Assembly: GCA_038041635.1 (NCBI GenBank)
Contig: JBBTFY010000005.1
Location: 9,781 to 73,780, forward strand
Direction: 5' to 3'
DNA from: Pseudomonadota bacterium
GTDB lineage: Bacteria > Pseudomonadota > Alphaproteobacteria > Sphingomonadales > Sphingomonadaceae
Length of the DNA: 64,000 bases
The notes under the pieces were generated by a model. The model did no database searches. It saw only the letters and a list, made by a program, of their open reading frames with translations, and was not told where the DNA came from. The translations under genes and the position numbers were made by a program. Shown here one piece after another: positions 52,975-61,871 of this stretch. Each line of letters starts with the position of its first letter. The stretch's first letter is position 1.

Positions 52975-53112
52975 ACATCACCTTTTTGGGTTTGATTGTT
53001 TGTGCGTGCATTGCCCATCCCCTTCAGATGAAAGGAGGAATGGGGGCAACCACGAGGCAAGGTTTGACCGTGTTATCCTGACCAAACACTGAAGCCGATG
53101 TTCATCGAAGAT

Positions 53113-54168
53113 TCAGGCGACGGATATGCCCGGCAATAACAGGCTGGCATCGCCATAGCTATAGAAGCGATAGCCCTGCGCGATAGCGTGCGCATAGGCA
53201 GTGCGCATAACATCGCGCCCCATCAGCGCAGCGACCAGCATGAACAGGGTTGATTTGGGCAAGTGGAAATTGGTCATCAGCGCGTCGATGAAGCGAAAGC
53301 GATAGCCGGGCGTGATGAAGATCGCGGTATCCCCCGCAAAGGCGCGCAGCACGCCATCTTCGCCCGCCGCGCTTTCAAGCAGGCGCAAGCTGGTGGTGCC
53401 AACCGGAATGATCCGGCCCCCCGCCGCCTTGACCGCATTCAGCCGCGCCGCAGTCTCGGCGTCTATGCTGCCCCATTCGGCGTGCATCGCATGATCGTCG
53501 GTATCGTCGGCCTTGACCGGCAGGAAGGTCCCCGCCCCGACATGGAGGGTGAGCGTTTCGGTGAGCACCCTCGCTGCCTTCACTGCCGCGAGCAGCGCAG
53601 GCGTGAAATGCAGCGAGGCGGTGGGCGCCGCCACCGCGCCATCGCGCGCGGCAAACATCGTTTGATAATCGGCGCGGTCGCGCGCATCGACACCGCGCTT
53701 GCTGGCGATATAGGGAGGTAGCGGCATCGTGCCTGCACGGTCGAGCAGCACCTCAACCGGATCATCGCCAGCAAAGGCCAGCGTGAAGCTGCCGTCCGCG
53801 TGTCGCGCCTGCGCGGTCGCGCAAACCCCCTCACCGAAATCGATCACATCGCCGATGCGCAACCGCTTGGCGTTGCGGATGAAAGCCTGCCAGCGGCGCA
53901 GGTCGATACGTTTGTGCAATGTCGCGCCGATCCGCGCGTCGCCCCCCACATTATTGACGCGCCGCCCCTCCAGCTGTGCCGGAATGACGCGAGTGTCGTT
54001 GAATATCAGGCAATCACCGGGACGGAGCATAGCGGGTAGGTCAGCAACGCCCCTATCGCTTATGGCTATGCCATCGACCAGCAGCATCCGCGCGCTATCG
54101 CGCGGGCACGCGGGGCGTAGCGCTATCGCTTCGGGTGGCAGGATAAAATCAAACAGGTCAACGCGCAT
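53113..54168 (-). CDS. queA: SAM:tRNA ribosyltransferase-isomerase
   Basis: [54 protein letters not shown]. Confidence 0.97.
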   Translation of the reverse strand: MRVDLFDFILPPEAIALRPACPRDSARMLLVDGIAISDRGVADLPAMLRPGDCLIFNDTRVIPAQLEGRRVNNVGGDARIGATLHKRIDLRRWQAFIRNAKRLRIGDVIDFGEGVCATAQARHADGSFTLAFAGDDPVEVLLDRAGTMPLPPYIASKRGVDARDRADYQTMFAARDGAVAAPTASLHFTPALLAAVKAARVLTETLTLHVGAGTFLPVKADDTDDHAMHAEWGSIDAETAARLNAVKAAGGRIIPVGTTSLRLLESAAGEDGVLRAFAGDTAIFITPGYRFRFIDALMTNFHLPKSTLFMLVAALMGRDVMRTAYAHAIAQGYRFYSYGDASLLLPGISVA

Positions 54169-54187
54169 GGTTGCTTTTCCCCAAAAC

Positions 54188-54270
54188 CCGTTCACCCTGA
54201 GCTTGTCGAAGGGTTGTCTGTCTACACGTCAGTAGAAAATACGGGGCTTCGACAGGCTCAGCCCGAACGG
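54188..54270. repeat. REP-like inverted doublet (CTGAGCTTGTCGAAG type)
   Basis: ccgttcaccctgagcttgtcgaag (54188-54211) pairs with cttcgacaggctcagcccgaacgg (54247-54270), 20/24. Confidence 0.85.
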
Positions 54271-54291
54271 ATGAAGGGTATAAGCTAGTGG

Positions 54292-55002
54292 CTATCCGCC
54301 TATCGGTGCATTGAGTTGGTCAATCGTCACAGGGGCGGCGGTGGCGGGTGCGCGTTCGGTCAGCGCGCTGGCGGGTGGCATCGGGCGATTGTCCGCCATC
54401 ACCGACATCTGGACAACGCGGCTGGGGTTAGCAGGCGGCTCACCGCGCTGGATGCGGTCAACAAACTCCATCCCCGATACGACACGGCCAAAGGCGGTGT
54501 AATGATTGTCGAGCGAGAGCCGGGGCAGCAGCAGGATGAAAAACTGGCTGTTCGCGCTATTGGGGTCGTCCGAACGCGCCATCGACAGCACGCCGCGCAC
54601 ATGGGGAAGCGTGTTAAACTCTGCCGCCACATCGGGAAGCGTGCTGCCGCCAGTGCCGGTGCCGAGCGGGTCGCCGCCCTGTGCCATGAACCCCTCAATC
54701 ACGCGGTGGAATGTCAGCCCGTCGTAAAATCCCTGCCGCGTCAGTTGCTTGATCCGTTCGACATGATTTGGCGCTGCGTCGGGGCGCAATTGAATGACCA
54801 CACGGCCACCCGTCGATAGATCGAGGGCTAGCATATATTCGGGATTGCCCGCATAGTCAGCTGGAACAATTGCCGGCACCACGGTTGGCGCGGGCGCAGC
54901 GACGGGCGCTGGCGGTGCCTCTTGGGCCAATGCAGGCGCAGCGAGCGCTGCCATAAACAAGGCCAGTGCCAAAAAATGGGCGTTCAATCGGGGCAGCATC
55001 AT
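54292..55002 (-). CDS. Exported cyclophilin-type peptidyl-prolyl isomerase
   Basis: FYDGLTFHRVIEGFMAQGGD, SMAR, SANSQFFI, YTAFGRV. Confidence 0.94.
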   Translation of the reverse strand: MMLPRLNAHFLALALFMAALAAPALAQEAPPAPVAAPAPTVVPAIVPADYAGNPEYMLALDLSTGGRVVIQLRPDAAPNHVERIKQLTRQGFYDGLTFHRVIEGFMAQGGDPLGTGTGGSTLPDVAAEFNTLPHVRGVLSMARSDDPNSANSQFFILLLPRLSLDNHYTAFGRVVSGMEFVDRIQRGEPPANPSRVVQMSVMADNRPMPPASALTERAPATAAPVTIDQLNAPIGG

Positions 55003-55083
55003 GGCAAATATTGGTCCTTGGTGATTTTTTTGCGGGACTCACAGACTATTAGCGCGCGGATTAACCGCTGATGAGCCTTTGCG

Positions 55084-55602
55084 CTAGTGCTTATGATGGA
55101 TGCTTTGAACGCGCGCCAAAACGTCGGCCTCCACCGCAGGGGGAACGAATTTTCCGATTGGCCCGCCGAACAGCGCAATTTCTTTGACCAGCCTAGACGC
55201 AATCGGTTGCAGGCCGACATCGGCCATCAGGAACACCGTTTCGATGCTGGCGTTAATCTGTTGATTCATCCCCGCCATTTGATATTCATATTCAAAGTCG
55301 GCAACCGCGCGCAGCCCGCGCACAATCATGCTTGCCCCCTGGCTTTCCGCAAAGCTCATCAGCAGTGAATGAAACCCGACAACATCGACATTGGCAATCC
55401 CCGCCGAAGCCACTTCGCGGCGGACCATCGCCATCCGTTCTTCGTCGCTGAACATCGGCGTCTTGGCGATGTTGGTGGTGACACCGATCACCAGCCTGTC
55501 CACCAGCTTGGCCCCGCGCCGGATGATGTCCATATGCCCCAGAGTGACGGGGTCAAAGGTGCCGGGATAAACGCCGATTCTGGACTTGGAAACCATAGTC
55601 AT
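55084..55602 (-). CDS. coaD: Phosphopantetheine adenylyltransferase
   Basis: YPGTFDPVTLGH, VRGLRAVADFEYE. Confidence 0.97.
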   Translation of the reverse strand: MTMVSKSRIGVYPGTFDPVTLGHMDIIRRGAKLVDRLVIGVTTNIAKTPMFSDEERMAMVRREVASAGIANVDVVGFHSLLMSFAESQGASMIVRGLRAVADFEYEYQMAGMNQQINASIETVFLMADVGLQPIASRLVKEIALFGGPIGKFVPPAVEADVLARVQSIHHKH

Positions 55603-56510
55603 CGGTCACGCTCCACCACATAATGCGCAATTGCGCGCAGCAAGTCTGCTTCGGGGCCATAGCCGATTAAGTGGCCGATGGCTTGCAGGGATAATGCTTG
55701 TGCCTGATCGCGCGCGCGGTCCGCACCCATCAAGGAGACAAAGGTTTCCTTACCGCGCCCAGCATCCTTGCCCACGGCCTTGCCCGCCAGCGCAGCATCA
55801 CCCACGGCATCAATTAGATCGTCCGCAATCTGGAAGGCAAGCCCGATGTCGCGCGCATAGCCACGTAGCGCATGGCGACCGTCGTGGGGCACGCGGCCCA
55901 TGATAGCCCCTGCCTCGACGCACCAGCCGATAAGCGCGCCGGTTTTCATCTGCTGCAGACGGGTAACGGCCTGCAAATCGAATGCCGCGCCATGGGCCGC
56001 CAAATCCATCATCTGCCCGCCTGCCATGCCAGCGGGTCCAGCGGCACGCGCCAATTCGGAAATCAATTCGATCCGGACAAACGGGTCGCTATGCGTTGCA
56101 TCATCGGCCAAAATCTCGAACGCCATGGCGTGCAGTGCATCGCCCGCCAGCACCGCCGCCCCCTCGTCAAAGGCGCGGTGAACCGTCGGCTTGCCGCGAC
56201 GCATGTCGTCATCGTCCATCGACGGCAGATCGTCGTGGATTAGCGAATAGACATGGATAGCCTCCACCGCCACAGCGGCGCGCAAAGCACAATCTGCATC
56301 CACGCCAAACAGCCGCGCACTGGCATTGACCAAGAGTGGGCGAAGCCGCTTTCCACCGCCAATCGCGGCATATCGCATCGCTTCGAACAGGGTGGCGCGT
56401 GCATCGGAAGGCACGCTCAACAAGCTGTCGAACAGGCGGTCAATATCGGCCGAAACCTGTGCTGCCTCTCGGTTAAGCAACAGGAATGATACGGGGCATT
56501 TATCGGGCAT
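55599..56510 (-). CDS. ispA: Farnesyl diphosphate synthase
   Basis: GGKRLRP, IHDDLPSMDDDDMRRG, KTGAL, FQIADD; follows xseB. Confidence 0.92.
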   Translation of the reverse strand: MPDKCPVSFLLLNREAAQVSADIDRLFDSLLSVPSDARATLFEAMRYAAIGGGKRLRPLLVNASARLFGVDADCALRAAVAVEAIHVYSLIHDDLPSMDDDDMRRGKPTVHRAFDEGAAVLAGDALHAMAFEILADDATHSDPFVRIELISELARAAGPAGMAGGQMMDLAAHGAAFDLQAVTRLQQMKTGALIGWCVEAGAIMGRVPHDGRHALRGYARDIGLAFQIADDLIDAVGDAALAGKAVGKDAGRGKETFVSLMGADRARDQAQALSLQAIGHLIGYGPEADLLRAIAHYVVERDR

Positions 56511-56515
56511 GGGGC

Positions 56516-56767
56516 TCAGCCGCCGTCAAATGGCGCGACGCCCTGTGGCTGGCCATCAGCCGACAATTTGATGCGCTCTATCCGCACCTCGGCATCGCGC
56601 AACCGCGCATCGCAATGCCCCTTGAGCAAGGTCGCGCGTTCATACAGCGTAATCGCGCTGTCGAGCGGAACGGCACCTTCTTCCAATTGCCGCACGATGC
56701 GGCCAAGCTCCTCTAAAGCAGCCTCAAAATTCAAGGCAGACAGATCTGGTATCGCTGTGTCATTCAT
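56516..56767 (-). CDS. xseB: Exonuclease VII small subunit
   Basis: FEAALEEL..IVRQLEEG..PLDSAITLYERA. Confidence 0.93.
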   Translation of the reverse strand: MNDTAIPDLSALNFEAALEELGRIVRQLEEGAVPLDSAITLYERATLLKGHCDARLRDAEVRIERIKLSADGQPQGVAPFDGG

Positions 56768-56884
56768 GGCATCTGTTGTGGCTCTATGGCGCGCGCGGGT
56801 CAAGCCAAGCCGATGTAATAATCACCCTACTTGCCGACACGCGAGCACTTGCTATGCTCGGCTATAACAAGGGGGGAGACGCAC

Positions 56885-57541
56885 ATGTTCATCGGGCATT
56901 GGGCACCAGCATTGGTCGCCGCCACACATCCCAAAGCGCCGAGGCTCGGCACATTATTCCTAGCCGGACAGCTCGTCGATTGGGCGTTTTTTGCGTTCGT
57001 TCTGACCGGGACCGAACATATGCGGATTTCCCCAGGGACCAGCGTGATGAACCCGATGGACCTGTATCACATGCCCTATACGCACTCTTTGCTAGGCAGC
57101 GGTGTGTGGGCCGCAGGGTTTGCGACGCTAATCTGGCTCATCACCAAGAACCGCACGGGCGCGGTGATTGGCGGCGTGGTCGTGCTGTCGCACTGGTTCC
57201 TCGACCTGTTGGTTCATGTCCACGACTTGACCCTGTGGGGCAGCCCGCCAAAGCTGGGCTTTGGCCTGTGGAACCATCCCGCCATCGAAATGCCGCTCGA
57301 GCTGGGCCTGACATTCGGCGCGCTTTTCTGGTTCATCATGAAAACCCGCAGCGTCGGCAGCATGGGTCGGATGGCCCCAGCCGTGCTGGCGCTATTGCTG
57401 CTGACCATCCAGATCATCAACTGGTTCGGACCCCCGCCCGAGCAGCCGGATGCCAGCGCGGCGATGGTCGTGTTTGGCACCTATGGCCTGATGACCTTGG
57501 CGGCGTGGTGGGTCTCGCGGGCGCGGGTTCTGTCACAGTGA
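56885..57541 (+). CDS. Membrane protein, metal-dependent hydrolase-like
   Basis: MFIGH, YTHSL, SHWFLDLLVH; strong RBS (ggggggag). Confidence 0.8.
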   Translation: MFIGHWAPALVAATHPKAPRLGTLFLAGQLVDWAFFAFVLTGTEHMRISPGTSVMNPMDLYHMPYTHSLLGSGVWAAGFATLIWLITKNRTGAVIGGVVVLSHWFLDLLVHVHDLTLWGSPPKLGFGLWNHPAIEMPLELGLTFGALFWFIMKTRSVGSMGRMAPAVLALLLLTIQIINWFGPPPEQPDASAAMVVFGTYGLMTLAAWWVSRARVLSQ

Positions 57542-58302
57542 GTGTCGTAACGTTACGACAACGAGCTGCACAAGAACTCGACCCTGCTGCGCGTGCTCTG
57601 CTGGGCTTGTCACGCACCAACCTAACGCTTTTGCTCCTCATTATAGCAGCGGTCGTCATCGCCATCATAGAAACCGAACCCTTGGTGTTTATCGGCCATG
57701 AAACCCTTTTTTCTCATCTTCAAATTGGGTTCGGACTCCTCTTTGGCGCCGAGTATCTTGCGCGTATCTGGGTCGCTGCCGAGTCACCCGGCGCGGGTAG
57801 CAATTGGCACAAACGCTGGACCTTTATCCGCAGCCCAAGCGCTATCATCGACCTTGTCGTAGTCGTTGCGTCACTATTGCCGCTGATTACCGCAAATACT
57901 GCGGCGCTACGTCTGCTCCGATTGGTAAGAATCGTTGGACTAGCGCGACTCGGCCGCCTTTCTACGGCAGTGCATGGTATCTGGCAGGCGATACATAGTC
58001 GCCGCTTTGAACTTGCGGTAACTGCGGGGCTTGCCACCATCTTGATAGTATTCGGTGCCACGGCTCTATACTGGCTTGAAGGCGATGTTCAGCCAGACAA
58101 GTTTGGCAGCGTCCCGCGCGCATTGTGGTGGGCCGTCGTAACCATGACGACGATCGGTTACGGCGATGCCTTTCCCATCACGCAGGGCGGCAAAATCGCA
58201 GCAACTCTTGTTGCCATTTCTGGGATTGGCCTCATAGCCATGCCGACGGGCATCCTTGCATCCGCATTCAGCGAAGCCATGCAAAAACACCATGACGATT
58301 GA
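57538..58302 (+). CDS. Six-TM voltage-gated-type potassium channel
   Basis: S4-like LRLLRLVRIVGLARLGR, filter TTIGYGD; GTG start overlapping the upstream stop. Confidence 0.92.
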   Translation: MSVVTLRQRAAQELDPAARALLGLSRTNLTLLLLIIAAVVIAIIETEPLVFIGHETLFSHLQIGFGLLFGAEYLARIWVAAESPGAGSNWHKRWTFIRSPSAIIDLVVVVASLLPLITANTAALRLLRLVRIVGLARLGRLSTAVHGIWQAIHSRRFELAVTAGLATILIVFGATALYWLEGDVQPDKFGSVPRALWWAVVTMTTIGYGDAFPITQGGKIAATLVAISGIGLIAMPTGILASAFSEAMQKHHDD

Positions 58303-58328
58303 CCAAATACAATAGGCTAGAGCTATTG

Positions 58329-58506
58329 GGGAGTTCCGTGCTCGGCCATCCCCAGGATGGCGTTTCTCTCCGCCTCCCGCGCCTTCGGCTTGGGATTTTT
58401 CGCTAAAATCATGCCCCGCAGATCACCAACTAACGAAGTTGGGTTTTGGGTAGGGTGCCCCTACGCTTCGCTACGGGAGTTCTGTGCTCGGCCATCCCCC
58501 GGATGG
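58329..58506. repeat. 32-bp direct repeat (two copies, 146-bp period) downstream of tRNA-Ala
   Basis: gggagttc[c/t]gtgctcggccatcccc[a/c]ggatgg at 58329-58360 and 58475-58506. Confidence 0.9.
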
Positions 58507-58520
58507 TCTGTGCGCAGAAC

Positions 58521-58596
58521 TGGTGGAGCCTAGCGGGTTCGAACCGCTGACCTCCTGCATGCCATGCAGGCGCTCTACCAACTGAGCTAAGGCCCC
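58521..58596 (-). tRNA. tRNA-Ala (GGC)
   Basis: Reverse complement GGGGCCTTAGCTCAGTTGGTAGAGCGCCTGCATGGCATGCAGGAGGTCAGCGGTTCGAACCCGCTAGGCTCCACCA: cloverleaf, G3-U70 pair, encoded CCA. Confidence 0.98.
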
Positions 58597-58694
58597 ATAT
58601 GTGCTACCGCGATAATCGCGGTTTGGTATGGCGCGCGCTTTAGACGAAGGACGCCGCCCGTTGCAAGGGGGCGAATGGCCCCCTTGGATAGCGT

Positions 58695-59024
58695 TTAGAC
58701 GTCTTGGGTCTTTCCCTCGCCAGTCTCTACGCCCAGATCATCGCCGTCGCCCAAATCAACGTCATTGTCAGGCGACACATTGTCATCATCAACATCGGCG
58801 TCGAGACCCAGATCCGAATCAGCTTCGGCATCGGGTTGGACCACTTCGGCCGCACCGGGCTTCAGCTGTTCAAACGGCATGGATTGTTTCGATTTGAGCA
58901 CCGATTCTGGCACCCATGCGTGACCGCAAGCAATGCAAGTGGCCGGATTATCGTTTTCCAAGTCGTAAAAACGCGTCGCACATTTGGGGCAGCTACGCTT
59001 TGTGCCCCATTCAGCCTTAATCAT
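58695..59024 (-). CDS. TIGR02300/FYDLN acidic zinc-ribbon protein
   Basis: WGTKRSCPKCATRFYDL..CIACG, acidic tail. Confidence 0.9.
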   Translation of the reverse strand: MIKAEWGTKRSCPKCATRFYDLENDNPATCIACGHAWVPESVLKSKQSMPFEQLKPGAAEVVQPDAEADSDLGLDADVDDDNVSPDNDVDLGDGDDLGVETGEGKTQDV

Positions 59025-59148
59025 GTCAATAACAACTCACTGAAAGAAAATCATATTTTGTCAAAGCGGCCGCAATGCACGGCCCCCTCAACTCGAATCG
59101 CGAGCGCCTTGCCAGAAAGGCATAGCGCTGTCAAAAGCCGCGCCGTCG

Positions 59149-60477
59149 ATGAACCACAGCAACGCCCCTGCTTCGCCGCGCATTATTGCGCAATCGCCCC
59201 CGCTTCGCGGGAGCGTGCGCGTGCCCGGCGACAAGTCGATCAGCCACCGCGCGCTGATGTTTTCCGCGCTTGCCATCGGGGAAAGCCGCGTCACCGGTTT
59301 GCTAGAGGGCGAAGATGTGCTGGCGACCGCAGCGGCGCTCCGCGCCATGGGCGCAACCATAGAACGAGCTTGCGCGGGAGACTGGACCGTCCACGGCGTC
59401 GGGGTTGGCGGCCTTTTGCAGCCGCAATGTGCGCTCGACATGGGCAATAGCGGCACATCGACACGGCTGTTGATGGGTCTGATCGCCAGCCACCCGATCA
59501 CAGCGACATTCGTTGGCGACGCCAGCCTGTCGCGCCGCCCGATGGGCCGCGTCATCGACCCGCTGGCCCAAATGGGCGCAGAGTTCACGTCCGCTCAGGG
59601 ACGGTTACCGCTAACGATGCGCGGGATATGCCCCGCCGTGCCATTGTCCTATCGCCTGCCCGTCGCGTCGGCGCAGGTGAAGTCGGCGGTGCTGCTGGCT
59701 GGGCTCAATACACCCAGCATAACCGAAGTGATCGAGCCGATTGCCACCCGCGACCATAGCGAGCGGATGCTGCGGGGATTCGGTGCTGACTTGACCGTCG
59801 AAGTCATTGATGGCGTCCGTCATATCCGCCTGATGGGTGAAGCCGAGTTGAAGCCCCAGACCATCGAAGTGCCCGGTGACCCATCGTCCGCCGCGTTCAT
59901 CATCGTCGCCGCGCTGATTACGCCGGGCAGCGAAGTGACCGTCACCAATGTCGGGATCAACCCGACGCGGGCCGGGATTTATCATGTGCTGCGCGACATG
60001 GGCGCGGATATTTCGTTCGTGAATGAGCGCGAGGTCGGCGGCGAGCCGGTGGCGGACATCGTGGCGCGGCACAGCGTGCTGAGCGGGGTTGATGTGCCGC
60101 CAGACATAGCGCCGAGCATGATCGACGAGTTCCCAGTCCTGTTCGTCGCCGCCGCCTTTGCGAGGGGGGGCACGACGACAAGCGGGCTTGATGAGCTGCG
60201 CGTCAAGGAGAGCGACCGATTGGCGCTGATGGCGCAGGGGCTGAACGCAATTGGTGCGCGCGTCACCGAGAGCGAAGATGGCCTGACCATCGAGGGCAGC
60301 GGCGGTGAGGCGTTGGCGGGCGGCGGGGCCATCACTACCATGCTCGACCACCGCATCGCCATGAGCATGTTTGTTGCGGGGATGAATTGCCGCGCGTCTG
60401 TGACGATTGATGATATGAACCCCGTCGCGACCAGTTTTCCCAGTTTCGAGGCCATTATCCAAGGATTGACAGATTGA
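59149..60477 (+). CDS. aroA: EPSP synthase
   Basis: PGDKSISHR, GNSGTSTR, SAQVKS, RDHSER, LRVKESDR, DHRIAM. Confidence 0.97.
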   Translation: MNHSNAPASPRIIAQSPPLRGSVRVPGDKSISHRALMFSALAIGESRVTGLLEGEDVLATAAALRAMGATIERACAGDWTVHGVGVGGLLQPQCALDMGNSGTSTRLLMGLIASHPITATFVGDASLSRRPMGRVIDPLAQMGAEFTSAQGRLPLTMRGICPAVPLSYRLPVASAQVKSAVLLAGLNTPSITEVIEPIATRDHSERMLRGFGADLTVEVIDGVRHIRLMGEAELKPQTIEVPGDPSSAAFIIVAALITPGSEVTVTNVGINPTRAGIYHVLRDMGADISFVNEREVGGEPVADIVARHSVLSGVDVPPDIAPSMIDEFPVLFVAAAFARGGTTTSGLDELRVKESDRLALMAQGLNAIGARVTESEDGLTIEGSGGEALAGGGAITTMLDHRIAMSMFVAGMNCRASVTIDDMNPVATSFPSFEAIIQGLTD

Positions 60478-60746
60478 CTGACACTATTTCCAGCAGCAGC
60501 GCCAACATCATCGGCATCATCGGCAGCATCTTCATCGTGGTGGGGTTTGCCTATGCCAATATGGCTAAGGCGATGAACGCATTGCTGTTCAACGGCCTCA
60601 ATCTGGTCGGCGCAATCTTGCTGGCCATATCGTTGCTGGTCAATGTCAACCTGCCCGCGCTGATGCTCGAAGTCGTGTGGGCGGCCATCGCTACATTAGG
60701 GATAGGAAAGGCGCTGTGGCAGCGGCGCTCCAACAGGGGCGCATGA
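60474..60746 (+). CDS. Small three-TM membrane protein (CBU_0592-like)
   Basis: LNLVGAILL..NLPALMLEVVW; overlaps both aroA and cmk by 4 bp. Confidence 0.75.
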   Translation: MTDTISSSSANIIGIIGSIFIVVGFAYANMAKAMNALLFNGLNLVGAILLAISLLVNVNLPALMLEVVWAAIATLGIGKALWQRRSNRGA

Positions 60747-61372
60747 TCATCGCCGTTGATGGCCCGACCGCGAGCGGCAAAGGCACGATTGCCAAGGCGC
60801 TGGCGGCGCATTTTGGCTTGCCGCACCTCGATACCGGCTTGTTGTACCGTGCGGTGGGACGGCAGGTGGCCTTGCGCGGCGGCGATCCAGATGATGCGGC
60901 GGACGCGCTGACTGCGTGCGATTTTCCAGATAGCCTGCTGGCTGACCCCGTGCTACGCAACGAAGCGACGGGTTCATTGGCCAGTCGGGTATCCGTGCAC
61001 CCCGCCGTGCGGCAAGCGCTGTTCAATCGGCAGCGCACCTTTGCGACACAGATCGGCGGCGCGGTGCTCGACGGGCGCGACATCGGCACGGTGATAGCCC
61101 CCGACGCTGATGTGAAGCTGTTCGTTACAGCGTCTCTCGCAGCGCGGGCACAGCGGCGCTGGACGGAGATGAACGCGCAGGGGGGCACTGCGTCACGCGA
61201 TAGCTTTATTGCCAGCCTTGCCACCCGCGATGCCCGCGACAGTGCACGTGCCGCTGCGCCGCTCTCTGCGGCTGACGATGCACACTTGCTCGACACCAGC
61301 ATCATGGACGCCAACGCCGCTATTGCAGCCGCCATTGCGGTGGTGGAGCGGGAAATGCCTGCAAAGGGCTGA
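60743..61372 (+). CDS. cmk: Cytidylate kinase
   Basis: IAVDGPTASGKGT, LDTGLLYRA, DGRDIGTV. Confidence 0.96.
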   Translation: MIIAVDGPTASGKGTIAKALAAHFGLPHLDTGLLYRAVGRQVALRGGDPDDAADALTACDFPDSLLADPVLRNEATGSLASRVSVHPAVRQALFNRQRTFATQIGGAVLDGRDIGTVIAPDADVKLFVTASLAARAQRRWTEMNAQGGTASRDSFIASLATRDARDSARAAAPLSAADDAHLLDTSIMDANAAIAAAIAVVEREMPAKG

Positions 61373-61457
61373 GAGTCATAAGATCGTCACATGGGTGCAA
61401 TCACCATGTCATACTATCGTTGTAGGCAAGCGCTATCAACTGCGGGGCCGAACCATC

Positions 61458-61610
61458 ATGACCACACTAACCCTTTCGCCGACCATGATTGCGGCGGAGC
61501 CCGCGCGCCAACGCCGACTCCAGCGCTCGGCACTGTGGGTCGGACTGGTCAATGGCTCTGGCCCATGGTGGTGGCGGCTATTGCGCTGGAGCCAGCGCAA
61601 CCAAGTTTAA
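61458..61610 (+). CDS. Possible 50-aa small protein
   Basis: ATG-initiated ORF in the 500-bp cmk-rpsA gap; no recognisable family. Confidence 0.3.
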   Translation: MTTLTLSPTMIAAEPARQRRLQRSALWVGLVNGSGPWWWRLLRWSQRNQV

Positions 61611-61871
61611 AACCATCGGAAAAAGGTCGCCTTGCTTGTCTCCTGCGATTTGACTATAGGCAGCGCCGTCCAGCGAGCGTTTGCGCTTGTGGAGGCTCGG
61701 ATCCGGCCCTGAAAATTGCCATAGCCTATGGCATCTTCGCACCGACACACCGCTCCGCCGCAACCTGATAATCAACGGATGCTGTGCGCGCATGGGGCGT
61801 GCATGGCGGATCGGCCAACAAGACCCCGGGAACCAACCTGGCGGCCGGAAATGATATAAGGAACTCCAACC

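Noticed and set aside
55049-55064. Possible CtrA box TTAG-N8-TTAA upstream of the PPIase
   Set aside because: Spacing is 8 not 7 and one half-site is imperfect
56776-58302. 508-aa ORF suggesting a fused channel protein
   Set aside because: The N-terminal half is an off-frame shadow of the 56885-57541 gene; channel-like sequence starts at GTG 57538
58302-58596. Prophage or integrative element at tRNA-Ala
   Set aside because: No integrase, no phage genes and no duplicated tRNA 3' end noticed in the window
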